A stretch of 64,000 nucleotides of DNA from Calditrichia bacterium. GTDB lineage: Bacteria > Calditrichota > Calditrichia > RBG-13-44-9 > J075. Shown here piece by piece: positions 38,505 through 48,400 of the stretch. The translations under genes were made by a program, and so were the position numbers. The notes beneath the pieces were generated by a model. The model was not told where the DNA came from, searched no databases, and saw only the letters and a list, made by a program, of their open reading frames with translations. The stretch is taken from contig JBOEGD010000011.1 of assembly GCA_050633245.1 (NCBI GenBank), forward strand, positions 460,985-524,984, in the 5' to 3' direction. Positions within the stretch are counted from its first letter, which is position 1, and every line of letters begins with the position of its first letter.

Positions 38505-40688
38505 TTATTTTGTTGTTTTGATTAACTTCTCAATAGAGTACTGGCCGTTCCAGCGATAGGTTTTGCCATTAAAATCAACAGAATGGTTTCCGGTGCCTTT
38601 ATTCGACAGCAGCACACGCAATCCATTCCCATCCTTTTTTACGACTTCCACAACGCTGGCCGCATCACTATGCCCAACAACCCGCACATCGAAGATGCTG
38701 CTTCTGGCATTACGCGATTTTTCGCCAGCTTCGTTAAAGAAACCATGAGGTTCTATGACGCTTGCAAACAGGTGAGACTTGGCATTGCGGCGAATAAGTA
38801 TCATTGGCTCTGAACGTAGATTAAAGTCCGGATCATTGGCACCAACCCGTCCGGTTAACACCTGAGTACCAGGAGAAGCGGCAGTAGACACGGAGTAGTA
38901 GCGATTTCCCAGTAGCCAGGTTAACTGCACCAGACTATCCGTTTTTGCTTCACCGGTTTTCCAAATGTGCTGATACCCATGAACATCGCCCAATGAGACA
39001 ATTTTCTCTCTGGCCGCTTTAACCTTGGACGTTGTTATAATCTGACCACGATAATGAACAGGATAATCGTATTGCTGCATTTTCGCGGATTTTAAGCGAA
39101 ACAGATCAATAACAATCGGATGTTCAAAAGCAGAATTGTTCAATAAAAAAACAGTGCGCTGCATTTCAGTATCTTCATATTGCAAATTAGCACGAGCACT
39201 CATTACCTGAACGTCAGGGTCTTCTATCGAAAAGAAATGACGCTCTGCCCAAACGGCATCGGCAGCTTTTCTTTTACCTTTGTTCTGAGAGATTCCGTTA
39301 ACGACAACCGTATTGTGAGCGATGGTTTGTTTGGCATAACTATTGTTCTCGGGAAGGTAACGGCCACCAAACTTCGGCTCCATATTTATCCAACGGGCAA
39401 AGCCATAGTCCGGTAGAACTTCATTTCCCTGATCAAAGAACATCAGCTGCAGCTTATCAAAATGCCCATGCCCCAAACCATGAACGCCATATTTCATAAG
39501 CAACATGGACTGTTTTTCGCCAGACCCGGTGCGCAAAATGCCCAACCCACCACGAAGCCCGTCACTACCGTCGCGGAATTCCACGCTTGGCCAGCTAAGT
39601 TCAGGACGATTTTGGGTCAACGCGGATGCAACTTTTAGCCCTGCACCATTCAAGATCACTTGATCCTGAATAGATGCGATTGCCAGCAAGTTCTCGTCGC
39701 TGCCATAATGCCGATACGCTAAATCTGTTGCAAACAATACGCCGGGCGCCCTTACATCCATGGTGCGTGACGCATCGTTAATCGGTGGAAAGATTCCATT
39801 GGGATAACTCGTTTGAACCGCTCCAAGGAGCACCTTTTTCAAAATTCCATTTCGATGTTTATAAATACCGAGCTCAGGTTGCTTGCGCTGAATAGCGTCG
39901 GCAAAGAGGAAGAATGGACGGAGCGCATATCGAATATAGTAGGGCCCCTCCATGTAATAGCCATCTGGCGAGAACAGGAGATCGAGCTGCTTTAGAAAGC
40001 CCCCCGTTTCATTGCGTTCCGTACCGTAAATTGCGCGATCCACCAGTTCCTGATCACCCATCACATATCCGATCATACCAACAGATGCGCAGGTCCACGT
40101 ACCGTGATTGTGAATGCGGTTAAACTGAGCAGCATTGCGCTCTGAGAACCAGTTTGCCATAGGATAAAACAGACGCTTTTCCATGTATTCGCGATCAGAC
40201 TTATCCAGCCAGTCGTAAATACAGTCGTATGCAATACTTGCATAAACCAGCCAAACTGCTTCGTTTAGCGTTTGGTGGAAAATTTTGCCAGGTGATTGCT
40301 TATAAGAAAGAGGGTGTGGGCCAAGATCGGGATAAATATCTGCATAACTGCGCAGCATATTTTTAACGAATAGTGCATATTTTTCGTCGCCTGTAATTGT
40401 AAACAGCAGGCCGGCATTGCGCATTTCACGGTAATTTTGCTTGTGTTTCTCATGCTCATAGCCACCGGCTTCACCAGGTGGAGGAATCTCCAGATCATGC
40501 TGCATTGCCTTCTCAACTTCGGCCATCGCAAGATCAAAAGATTTTTGTAAAACCGGATAGTTGGACAAATTACTGCGAATTTCAGTTGCCTCAGCCGCAG
40601 TAATGAAAATTGACGGGTGTTCATCCGCCAAAACGGCAAAAGAGCCAAGAGTCAATAAAAACCCAACAATACAATAACGAAAAAACAT
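38505..40688 (-). CDS. PL17 oligoalginate lyase
   Basis: 'GGYEHEKHKQNY', 'QTLNEAVW', 'RIHNHGTW', 'DGYYMEGPYY', 'HGHFD', 'KFGGRYLPEN', 'AHNT'. Confidence 0.9.
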   Translation of the reverse strand: MFFRYCIVGFLLTLGSFAVLADEHPSIFITAAEATEIRSNLSNYPVLQKSFDLAMAEVEKAMQHDLEIPPPGEAGGYEHEKHKQNYREMRNAGLLFTITGDEKYALFVKNMLRSYADIYPDLGPHPLSYKQSPGKIFHQTLNEAVWLVYASIAYDCIYDWLDKSDREYMEKRLFYPMANWFSERNAAQFNRIHNHGTWTCASVGMIGYVMGDQELVDRAIYGTERNETGGFLKQLDLLFSPDGYYMEGPYYIRYALRPFFLFADAIQRKQPELGIYKHRNGILKKVLLGAVQTSYPNGIFPPINDASRTMDVRAPGVLFATDLAYRHYGSDENLLAIASIQDQVILNGAGLKVASALTQNRPELSWPSVEFRDGSDGLRGGLGILRTGSGEKQSMLLMKYGVHGLGHGHFDKLQLMFFDQGNEVLPDYGFARWINMEPKFGGRYLPENNSYAKQTIAHNTVVVNGISQNKGKRKAADAVWAERHFFSIEDPDVQVMSARANLQYEDTEMQRTVFLLNNSAFEHPIVIDLFRLKSAKMQQYDYPVHYRGQIITTSKVKAAREKIVSLGDVHGYQHIWKTGEAKTDSLVQLTWLLGNRYYSVSTAASPGTQVLTGRVGANDPDFNLRSEPMILIRRNAKSHLFASVIEPHGFFNEAGEKSRNARSSIFDVRVVGHSDAASVVEVVKKDGNGLRVLLSNKGTGNHSVDFNGKTYRWNGQYSIEKLIKTTK

Positions 40689-40719
40689 ACGTTCTATGCT
40701 CCGGTACGCGTTAAAATCT

Positions 40720-41550
40720 CTAGCGAATTCGTTTCATATCAACAGGAATCATATCCGTATAATCCTGATTTTCCCCACCCATTGCCCAAATAAAGCTATA
40801 GTTCGACGTGGCCGCGCCGGAATGAATAGACCACGGTGGCGAAATTGCAGCCTGATGATTTCTAACTACTAAATGACGTGTTTCCTCGGGTTCTCCCATC
40901 AGATGGAACACCACGCTCTCTTCCGGTAAGCCGAAGTAAAAGTAAATTTCAGAACGACGAGAGTGATAATGTGCAGGCATGGTGTTCCAAACGCTTCCGG
41001 CATGCATCTCGGTAAACCCCAGAACCAGTTGGGAGCTTTCTATACCACCATTGAAAATGTATTTATAAATGGTTCGCTTATTCGATTCCTCAGCACTACC
41101 GAGATGTAGAGGTTCGGCGTCGCTAATACGTGCGTGTCGTGTTGGATAAGCTGCATGCGCAGGATAACTAACCAGATAATAGCATGCGGGATTATTCAAA
41201 GACTCACTTTCGAATGAAACGCTGTGATCTCCCTTTCCCACATATAGTGCATCGCGTGTGCTCATGACAAAACGTTCATCATCTACAACGACTGTCCCGT
41301 TTCCACCAACATTCATTATGGCAAATTCGCGACGTTCAGTAAAGCTGGATGCGCGTAGCAGCTCTGGATTGGGGAGGAGTAAGGGGTCGGCAAGTGGAAT
41401 AATTCCACCAATGACCGTTCTTTCCATATCCACATAAGCAAGTTGAACTTTTCCCGGCTGCATAAGTGTGTCGAGCAAGAAATTGTCGCGAAGGTCCTGC
41501 GAGTGCAGATCCTTATAACGAACGGCATCTGGTATGGAGATATATTTCAT
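40720..41550 (-). CDS. kduI: 5-dehydro-4-deoxyuronate isomerase
   Basis: 'ERREF', 'SYPAH', 'NKRTIYKY', 'GSVWNTMPAHYHSRRSEIY', 'SPPWSIHSG', 'WAMGGENQDY'. Confidence 0.93.
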   Translation of the reverse strand: MKYISIPDAVRYKDLHSQDLRDNFLLDTLMQPGKVQLAYVDMERTVIGGIIPLADPLLLPNPELLRASSFTERREFAIMNVGGNGTVVVDDERFVMSTRDALYVGKGDHSVSFESESLNNPACYYLVSYPAHAAYPTRHARISDAEPLHLGSAEESNKRTIYKYIFNGGIESSQLVLGFTEMHAGSVWNTMPAHYHSRRSEIYFYFGLPEESVVFHLMGEPEETRHLVVRNHQAAISPPWSIHSGAATSNYSFIWAMGGENQDYTDMIPVDMKRIR

Positions 41551-41597
41551 TGTTTGCAATCAGTAATGTGTGTTTTAAGGCGGACATCCCACGTATC

Positions 41598-41617
41598 ATG
41601 TCAGATGTCATACAAAT
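41598..41617. promoter_or_regulatory. Candidate FadR/GntR operator upstream of kduI
   Basis: ATGTCAG-ATGTCATACAAAT; bases 41605-41617 are the exact reverse complement of 42461-42473. Confidence 0.65.
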
Positions 41618-41626
41618 TAATTGTCT

Positions 41627-41657
41627 AAAAAAATAGTCACTCGCAAAGTAGTGACTA
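41627..41657 (-). terminator. Intrinsic terminator of the regulator gene
   Basis: Minus strand TAGTCACT-8nt-AGTGACTA followed by T7. Confidence 0.7.
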
Positions 41658-41675
41658 CATAGGATTCACTCTTTA

Positions 41676-42446
41676 TTACAGTGCAGTCTGATTGGTTTGG
41701 TTTGCTTCAAGTACTTCTTCTGCCCGTAGAATCTCAATCAACTTCAACACGTCGTCACGTGCCATCTGCATGTGCTCAACCATTGCTTTGTGGGCCTTTT
41801 TCGGATTCCTTGCTTCGATGCAATCAACGATGCCACTATGATAATCGAACGCATCCTGACCTGGATCATGAGGCACCTTACTAACTACCAACGTTTTAAT
41901 CCGCGGCATCTGGCTATAAATTGGCTCCATCATCAATGGCAACAAGGGGTTTCCACTAGCTTCCATAATTCTAGTGTGAAACTGTAAATCCAACAAAGCA
42001 CGTTTTTCAACATCGTCCTGATTGTCTAAATAATCTTGAAGATTTTTTCGCAAGTAAACAATATCTGCCTCTGAGTGATTTAGGGCCGCCAGTCGAGCAG
42101 CCTCCGGCTCCATAATTTGACGCAGATCGGTAATGTGTAAGACATAACTTGAATCGAAGTTCAGCTCAAGATAAAGGCTCATTGGCTTACTGGCATGGTC
42201 GGTAGTAAAGTCATTAACAAACATCCCACTGCCCTTGCGAATCGTAATAAGGCCACGCGCACTCAAAATCTGAAGTGCTTCGCGAAGAGCTGTTCTGCTT
42301 ACGCCGAACATCGCACAAAGCTCTTTTTCGGTTGGCAGTTTCTGCCCGGCCTGTAATTTCTTTTCGCGAATGCTTTTTTCTATTTGACGGACTATTTCCT
42401 GTCCAAGCGTGCGCTGACTACCAATTTGATTGAATATAGTGTCCAC
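41676..42446 (-). CDS. FadR-subfamily GntR transcriptional regulator
   Basis: HTH 'GQKLPTEKELCAMFGVSRTALREAL...RKGSGMFV'; FCD 'DLQFHTRIMEASGNP'. GTG 42446 is preferred over 42515/42473. Confidence 0.9.
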   Translation of the reverse strand: MDTIFNQIGSQRTLGQEIVRQIEKSIREKKLQAGQKLPTEKELCAMFGVSRTALREALQILSARGLITIRKGSGMFVNDFTTDHASKPMSLYLELNFDSSYVLHITDLRQIMEPEAARLAALNHSEADIVYLRKNLQDYLDNQDDVEKRALLDLQFHTRIMEASGNPLLPLMMEPIYSQMPRIKTLVVSKVPHDPGQDAFDYHSGIVDCIEARNPKKAHKAMVEHMQMARDDVLKLIEILRAEEVLEANQTNQTAL

Positions 42447-42460
42447 TCTGTTCCCTGTAT

Positions 42461-42473
42461 ATTTGTATGACAT
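42461..42473. promoter_or_regulatory. Candidate autoregulatory operator (ATTTGTATGACAT)
   Basis: Identical 13-mer (opposite strand) to the site upstream of kduI. Confidence 0.6.
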
Positions 42474-42602
42474 ATTATAAATCTTGTATAACTTAATCAA
42501 GAGTTTTTTTGTCATTATGTAAAATAATTGTAAACCTTCAGGTAAATGCTACCGTCAAAAGGGCAACGAAACGACTACAAACACGATATAAGGAGAATTA
42601 TC

Positions 42603-43211
42603 ATGACGAAATTAACCAGTATAGTGAAAAGGCAAAACACTCGAAACTTCCTTACAATAGTAATGCTAAGTGTCATATCACTTGGTATTTTACCCGTAAT
42701 TGCAGCATCTCCATTTTTACAAACTTCATTGAGTGGTGAAATAGTGAAGGATGCCGTAGCAGAAGGCAATCACCATCTTATTAAAGGAATGGTCGAGGCA
42801 GGATTTGATGTAAACACCAAATTCACTGGTGATGGAACATTGCTTATTTTTGCTATCCGAAGTGGTTCATACGAGCTTGTCAACTTTCTGATAGAAAACG
42901 GGGCAGACGTAAATTTGAAATGTGAGGGTGACGGGAACCCGTTAATTGCCGCAGCAGCGTACAACCAGCTGGGTATTGCCAAGAAGCTACTTAAATCCGG
43001 GGCAAACATAGACAGCTGGGTTAAAGGCGACGAAACAGCGCTTATCAATGCTGCCAGAGAAGGACATCTGGACATGGTAAAGTTTCTGATCGATGAGGGA
43101 GCAAATGCAAATTTGGGCGGACAAACAGACAACGGTTTTCGCAGTCCGCTCAATCAGGCAAAAACGGCTGAGATTAGAAATTTTCTGAAACTTCATGGCG
43201 CAACGAATTAA
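42603..43211 (+). CDS. Exported ankyrin-repeat protein
   Basis: AGGAG RBS; hydrophobic N-terminus; repeats 'GDGTLLIFA', 'GDGNPLIAAA', 'GDETALINAAREGH'. Confidence 0.85.
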   Translation: MTKLTSIVKRQNTRNFLTIVMLSVISLGILPVIAASPFLQTSLSGEIVKDAVAEGNHHLIKGMVEAGFDVNTKFTGDGTLLIFAIRSGSYELVNFLIENGADVNLKCEGDGNPLIAAAAYNQLGIAKKLLKSGANIDSWVKGDETALINAAREGHLDMVKFLIDEGANANLGGQTDNGFRSPLNQAKTAEIRNFLKLHGATN

Positions 43212-43286
43212 ACACAGCAAATTCGCCGTTTTTCTCTACTTCAATTCAGCTCTGAGGAAGACGGCGACAAGATCTATAGCAAGTCG

Positions 43287-43976
43287 TTAATCAAGACGAC
43301 GAAAAGCAAACGTTTTGAAACTTACCCAATGCCCTGTTCCTTCAGAGTTGTAACCTGCCACAAGTCCTGGCGAAAAATTCCTTTTTTTATCGTCAACCGC
43401 TAGACTTCCGAGAAATCTCCACTCCACAGCTCGTGGCGATCTATAATAGGCAGAAACGGAACTCCCATTATAAATCATGCGCAAAACAACTGAGCTCTCG
43501 GTATAAACAACAGCACTGGATTTATCTGCTCGTCCCCTGCCCTGCTCTTCAGGTACCAGCATGATTTTCTGCGCCTTATCCTGCACATGATTTAACAACG
43601 TCAACGTGATCCAATTATCATCATCGGCGTAGAAAATGAGCCCAACATGTTCATAGCGACCGGTCATCGCATTATGTCCGTCGACATGAACCTCAACAAC
43701 AAACCCGCTTTCTAAGCTATCTGATCTTTTTATTAGAAGAATATTCTTTTGAGTATTTTCGCTATTCCAAAGTGAACCATTTGTCATGATCTGCAGATCA
43801 TCTTCTGAAATATGCCACAATGAAGTGTCCTGACGTATCCATCGCCAATTACCAGCGAACTCATCTGATGCAAGAGCAGCGTGTTGAAGAGGCTTAATTT
43901 TAGCGTGATCATCTTGTGCCATCGTCAACGAGGGTAGTATTAGCACAAAGATAAATACAAATAGTGAATTCATCAT
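43287..43976 (-). CDS. Secreted concanavalin-A-like beta-sandwich protein (GH43 C-terminal/DUF1349-like)
   Basis: Start 43976 gives a signal peptide. 'DEFAGNWRWIR', 'YEHVGLIFYADDDNWI', 'SAYYRS...WRFLG'. Confidence 0.55.
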   Translation of the reverse strand: MMNSLFVFIFVLILPSLTMAQDDHAKIKPLQHAALASDEFAGNWRWIRQDTSLWHISEDDLQIMTNGSLWNSENTQKNILLIKRSDSLESGFVVEVHVDGHNAMTGRYEHVGLIFYADDDNWITLTLLNHVQDKAQKIMLVPEEQGRGRADKSSAVVYTESSVVLRMIYNGSSVSAYYRSPRAVEWRFLGSLAVDDKKRNFSPGLVAGYNSEGTGHWVSFKTFAFRRLD

Positions 43977-44073
43977 TTTACGTTTCCCAAAATGTATCAC
44001 ATGTGAATGCAACCTCATGCGATAGCTTTTAACTTCATTAAGTATCTTACTGTCTTCAAACCTACAATAAAGT

Positions 44074-45027
44074 ATGGCAAAAAAACTAGTCTTTATCGCG
44101 ACGCTCTCTTTTTTAATGCTTTTGCTGGTCTTATCTGCCGGCGAGCTACTTACCAGATATATACTTGGTGAGCGCTTAAACACCTACAAAAGTGAGCGGG
44201 ATATTGCTTTTCAATACGATGCAGAGCTCGGATGGCGCCCAAGATCGAATATTCACATTGGTCTTACAGCAAGTCGCGAGATTCAAGTAAGGCACAACAG
44301 TCGCGGCTTTCGAGACTACGAAAAGCTTACCAAAAGGCCTAAAATTCTATTTTTGGGAGACTCTTTTGTCTGGGGGTACGATGCCAATAGTGAAGAGCGA
44401 TTCACAAATTTGCTGCAGGACTCACTCCCCAATTGGCAAATGATAAATCTGGGGGTAAGCGGTTATGGTATGGATCAGGCCTTTCTCCTTTTAAAGGAGC
44501 AGTTGGAGTTTTATAAGCCCAAAGTGGTCTTTTGGTTAATCAGCAAGAATGACAGGCAAGACAACTCAACAAATCAGCGCTATGGAGGTTTTTACAAGCC
44601 TTATAGTTCGCTAATAAATGATAGCCTTTCCTTCGCAGGGAAACCGGTTCCTTTGGGCGTCTCGCACTATTTCAACCGTTATCCGATGGCAGCAAGAAGC
44701 TATTTATTCCGTGCAGTTTTGGCGGCCTGGTTACAGTATAAACACCCGGTTAAAACCATTCCGGACCCCAGCCATGCGATACTGGATGCTGCGAAAGACT
44801 ACCTTTCAAAACAAGATATCCAACTACTCATAGGCTTCAACTATCTCGATCCGGCAATGCAGGAGCACTGCAAAAAGATTGGCTTGTCGTTCATCAACCT
44901 TCAAAACAAACACTACTATCCTTCCTATGGTTCCCATTGGACTCCCGAGGGCCATCAATATGCGCGTGATGGAATTCTGAAGCTATTTGAGATGGGTGGA
45001 TTTTTACAACAACGTTCTAAGCATTAA
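44074..45027 (+). CDS. SGNH/GDSL-like membrane-anchored hydrolase
   Basis: 'YDAELGW', 'NSRGFRD', 'FLGDSFVWG', 'INLGVSGYG', 'HWTPEGH'. Confidence 0.8.
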   Translation: MAKKLVFIATLSFLMLLLVLSAGELLTRYILGERLNTYKSERDIAFQYDAELGWRPRSNIHIGLTASREIQVRHNSRGFRDYEKLTKRPKILFLGDSFVWGYDANSEERFTNLLQDSLPNWQMINLGVSGYGMDQAFLLLKEQLEFYKPKVVFWLISKNDRQDNSTNQRYGGFYKPYSSLINDSLSFAGKPVPLGVSHYFNRYPMAARSYLFRAVLAAWLQYKHPVKTIPDPSHAILDAAKDYLSKQDIQLLIGFNYLDPAMQEHCKKIGLSFINLQNKHYYPSYGSHWTPEGHQYARDGILKLFEMGGFLQQRSKH

Positions 45028-45480
45028 TGCCAGTTCAAAACGAATGCCACCACCTCCCTCGCTAGAATATTACCGCCTCCTGCTTATCCCACTTTCTTTA
45101 CATCTGCAATTCGAACCAAACAGCCTTAATCAACTCAATTTTATAGCAATCAAATTATAGCTAATGATTTGCGCCTTCTGTTCGATTATTACGGAAAACA
45201 AAATTTTTAAGTCCCTAATAAATGCTTTTGACTTTTTGGGCTTATTGAGGTGGAGCGCCAGAGACTATAGATCACTAGAAAAATTTAATATTGCCCTTAG
45301 TAAATAATTGTCGGCATCAGCCAGCACATGAGTCTATTACTCGCAATGTCAAAAAATTTATCCGGTAACGATTTTGAGAGTTGCGAATGACGAAGGCGCC
45401 CAGACTATCAACTGAACATACTCTTAGAATGGACCATACAATCTATTCTTTTATTTTTAACTAATGTTGGGAGACATCAG

Positions 45481-48400
45481 ATGAAAGTTAAAGACTACTG
45501 TCTAATACTTTTGATATTTACTTTCTTGCTCACCACGCTTACAAGCGCTGAACAATCACAAATTGCAACGATTCAGGTGCAGTCGGAGAACCTAACTTAC
45601 ACAAATGGAGACCACCTGTTTATAACGGGTCGTGGATTTGTCGCAAATGACCAGGTTAAAGCAGTGAGTTTTATTGTTCTCGATGCTGACTATCAGATTA
45701 TCCAGAATAAGTTTCCAACAGATTACAGTCTATCTATCGATGCCAATGGCAGGTTGTCGGGTAGCGCTCTTATCACTGGCCTACCTGCTGAAGCAAGTCA
45801 TTTAGAAGTGAATGTCTTTGCCAGCTACTCTAATGTAAAAGGAAGTCCATTCGTTCGGGTTGTGGGAAGCAGCATACCTGAACTACAGGAGCCACCGGCA
45901 TTGCTGCTTGCTGCCGGAACGGCACTTATTACTGATGACGGCTCGGGTGGAGGCTCTGGTAATAGTAACGGCTTCGCCGAAACGAGTGAAGATCTCGATT
46001 TGAGTGGTAGCGGCTGGACAGGTAGCACAGGCCTTTTGGGACTGGCGCAACGTGAATACTCCAATATCGCGGCATCAACATTTATTCAATCAACAACGGT
46101 TTCCAGCGCCAATGCTTCACTTGCTGCAGGGTCTATTTCCGGTTACACCACAGTCCCTGCCAGTTTTGATGCGAGTACAGTAACCGTGCGCGTGCGAGTA
46201 GTAGACGATGCTTTTCAGGTTGCTGATTCAGACTCAATGTTAATTCCGGACAGTGATCCACCTGATATCAGCACAGCAGTAGCTACATCCTTAAATACGA
46301 TCCAAATAACCTTTGATGAGGCGGTAGCCGAGGATGGTGATGCCACGGGTCGCTTCAGCCTTGCCGGTGACGGTTCGGGACTAAGCGTATCATCAATGAC
46401 TGCAAGTGGAAGCGAGCCTACTTCAGTATGGAATTTAACTTTGGACGGCAATTTAAGTGATCGCGATCCTGACGGCGTGGTGGTCACGTATACAGCAAAT
46501 GCCGGTTCCAATTCTCTTGAAGATCCGGCTGGCAACGAGGTTACAAATTTATCAAATGCAACAGCGTCTGACATGATCGACCCGGCAACGCCTACTCTAA
46601 CCAGTCCATCGTCAACAACTATTATGGATGGTGCAAGCATTATTTTTACTGCGACAGCCGATGCAGCAGCAACAGATGCTTCTATGGTTTCAGTTGCGTT
46701 ACAAGGCAGCAATAACGGATCGAGCTGGACAACTCTCGAGACGGATACCGACACAGGTGATGCAGTATATTCAGCCACTTATACATTTGGGACAAAATAT
46801 TCTTACTATCGTGTTATCGCAACTGATGATGCCGGCAATCAGACCGTTTCGAGTGCAACGTCTCTATTAACAGATGCCTATCGCGTTGAAATTACAGCTT
46901 TTCCAGCTGCGCAGGATGCCGGCATCCGTGGCCAATTCACGATTGAAATCCAAAACAACTATTCTGATGCAGTCACCTTTCCTTCTAACCTGTTCAACAA
47001 TTTGACAACAGATCAGGGTACCGGAACATTTTATGATGCAGCCAGTGGCGGCAGCGCTATTACCAGTGTCATAATTAATTCAGCCGATTCGGATACAGTC
47101 TTCTGGTATTCAGATACGGATGACGGAACAACACCAACCATCACAGTTACAGAAGCAGCTAGTAATCTTGATGACAACAGCGACAGTCAGCAAATCACCA
47201 TTAATGCGTCGGATGCAAATCATTTCAGAATTACAACGGCAAACAGCCAAGCCGAAACCGCAGGGACGGATTTTGACATTACGGTAACAGCTCGCAAAGC
47301 AGACTCATCTGTCGCAACCGGCTATACCGGCTCGATGTCTTTGAACTGGTCGACGACAGCTACTGCTTCACCTGATGGCACTTCACCCTCAATTCCGTCT
47401 GATGCCAGCTACACATTTTCATCTGGTAGCTTGACGATATCTAACGGCGGCACTCTCTACGATGCGAGCGAGACTCCGACCATCACTGTAACCGATGGAT
47501 CTGTTACCACAACATCGCAGCAGGGCGCCGGGGCTGGAATCACCGTCTCTACCTCCAGTCATGCTGAGACCAGAATAAAAACAGCAGATGAGAGCTCGGA
47601 CGGCGATTATGGTAACAACATTTTTACCACATCAACGCTGCAAGGGGCAACACAGGCCAGTCCAGATGCTTCAATTTCATTATTTGGAGTACGTTACGAT
47701 GCTTTCGGCAATTTGCTAAGTGACGCTTCCGGATCTTGGGGACTAACAGGCGATCTATCTTCAGCAGGTGTATTGACCTCTGCTAGCGCGGTGGATAATA
47801 CCTTCACTGCCAGTATCGCGAGTGGCTCGACACACTCCGGAACAATTACAGTAGACAACGGTCAGTCTGATGCGACTGGAACGATAAACATTGATGATGA
47901 CGATGGCGAAACGGTAACCAGCTTTAATATTACAACAAATGATGGTGACAGCACCTTTGTTATTGCAACATGGAGCGGCTCCAGTTCCGGCGATAATGGT
48001 GGAACCGGAACCCCAACCAGCTATGAGATTCGTTGGACACCAGATACAAACGGTCCTATCGACACAGAGGGTGAATGGGATAGTGCTATTTCGGTTGGCA
48101 CGGGTGGACAACCCGCTTTTAGTGTAGGAACCTGGTCGATAGACATGTCAAATGGCAATACGGATTACAAATACTTTGCAATCCGCACATTTGACGGTGT
48201 CGGCAACGTCTCTTCAATAGGCTCAGGTTCATATACCACCTCATCAGACATCTCACTACCGGTTACATTCAACACCTTTAGTGCACAGCCTGACTATGAT
48301 AAGGTTATCATTTCCTGGAAAACCACCAGCGAGATCAATAACGAGGGATTCTTCCTTTATCGGGCCGAAGCCGAAGAGGGACCATTTTTACAAACGCTGA

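Noticed and set aside
43977-44183. Apparent antisense overlap of the 298-aa ORF with the SGNH gene
   Set aside because: A start at 43976 gives a clean signal peptide and removes the overlap.
44074-45027. SGNH protein as the alginate deacetylase of the locus
   Set aside because: It lies outside the operon on the opposite strand with no operator, and belongs to a common membrane-anchored type.
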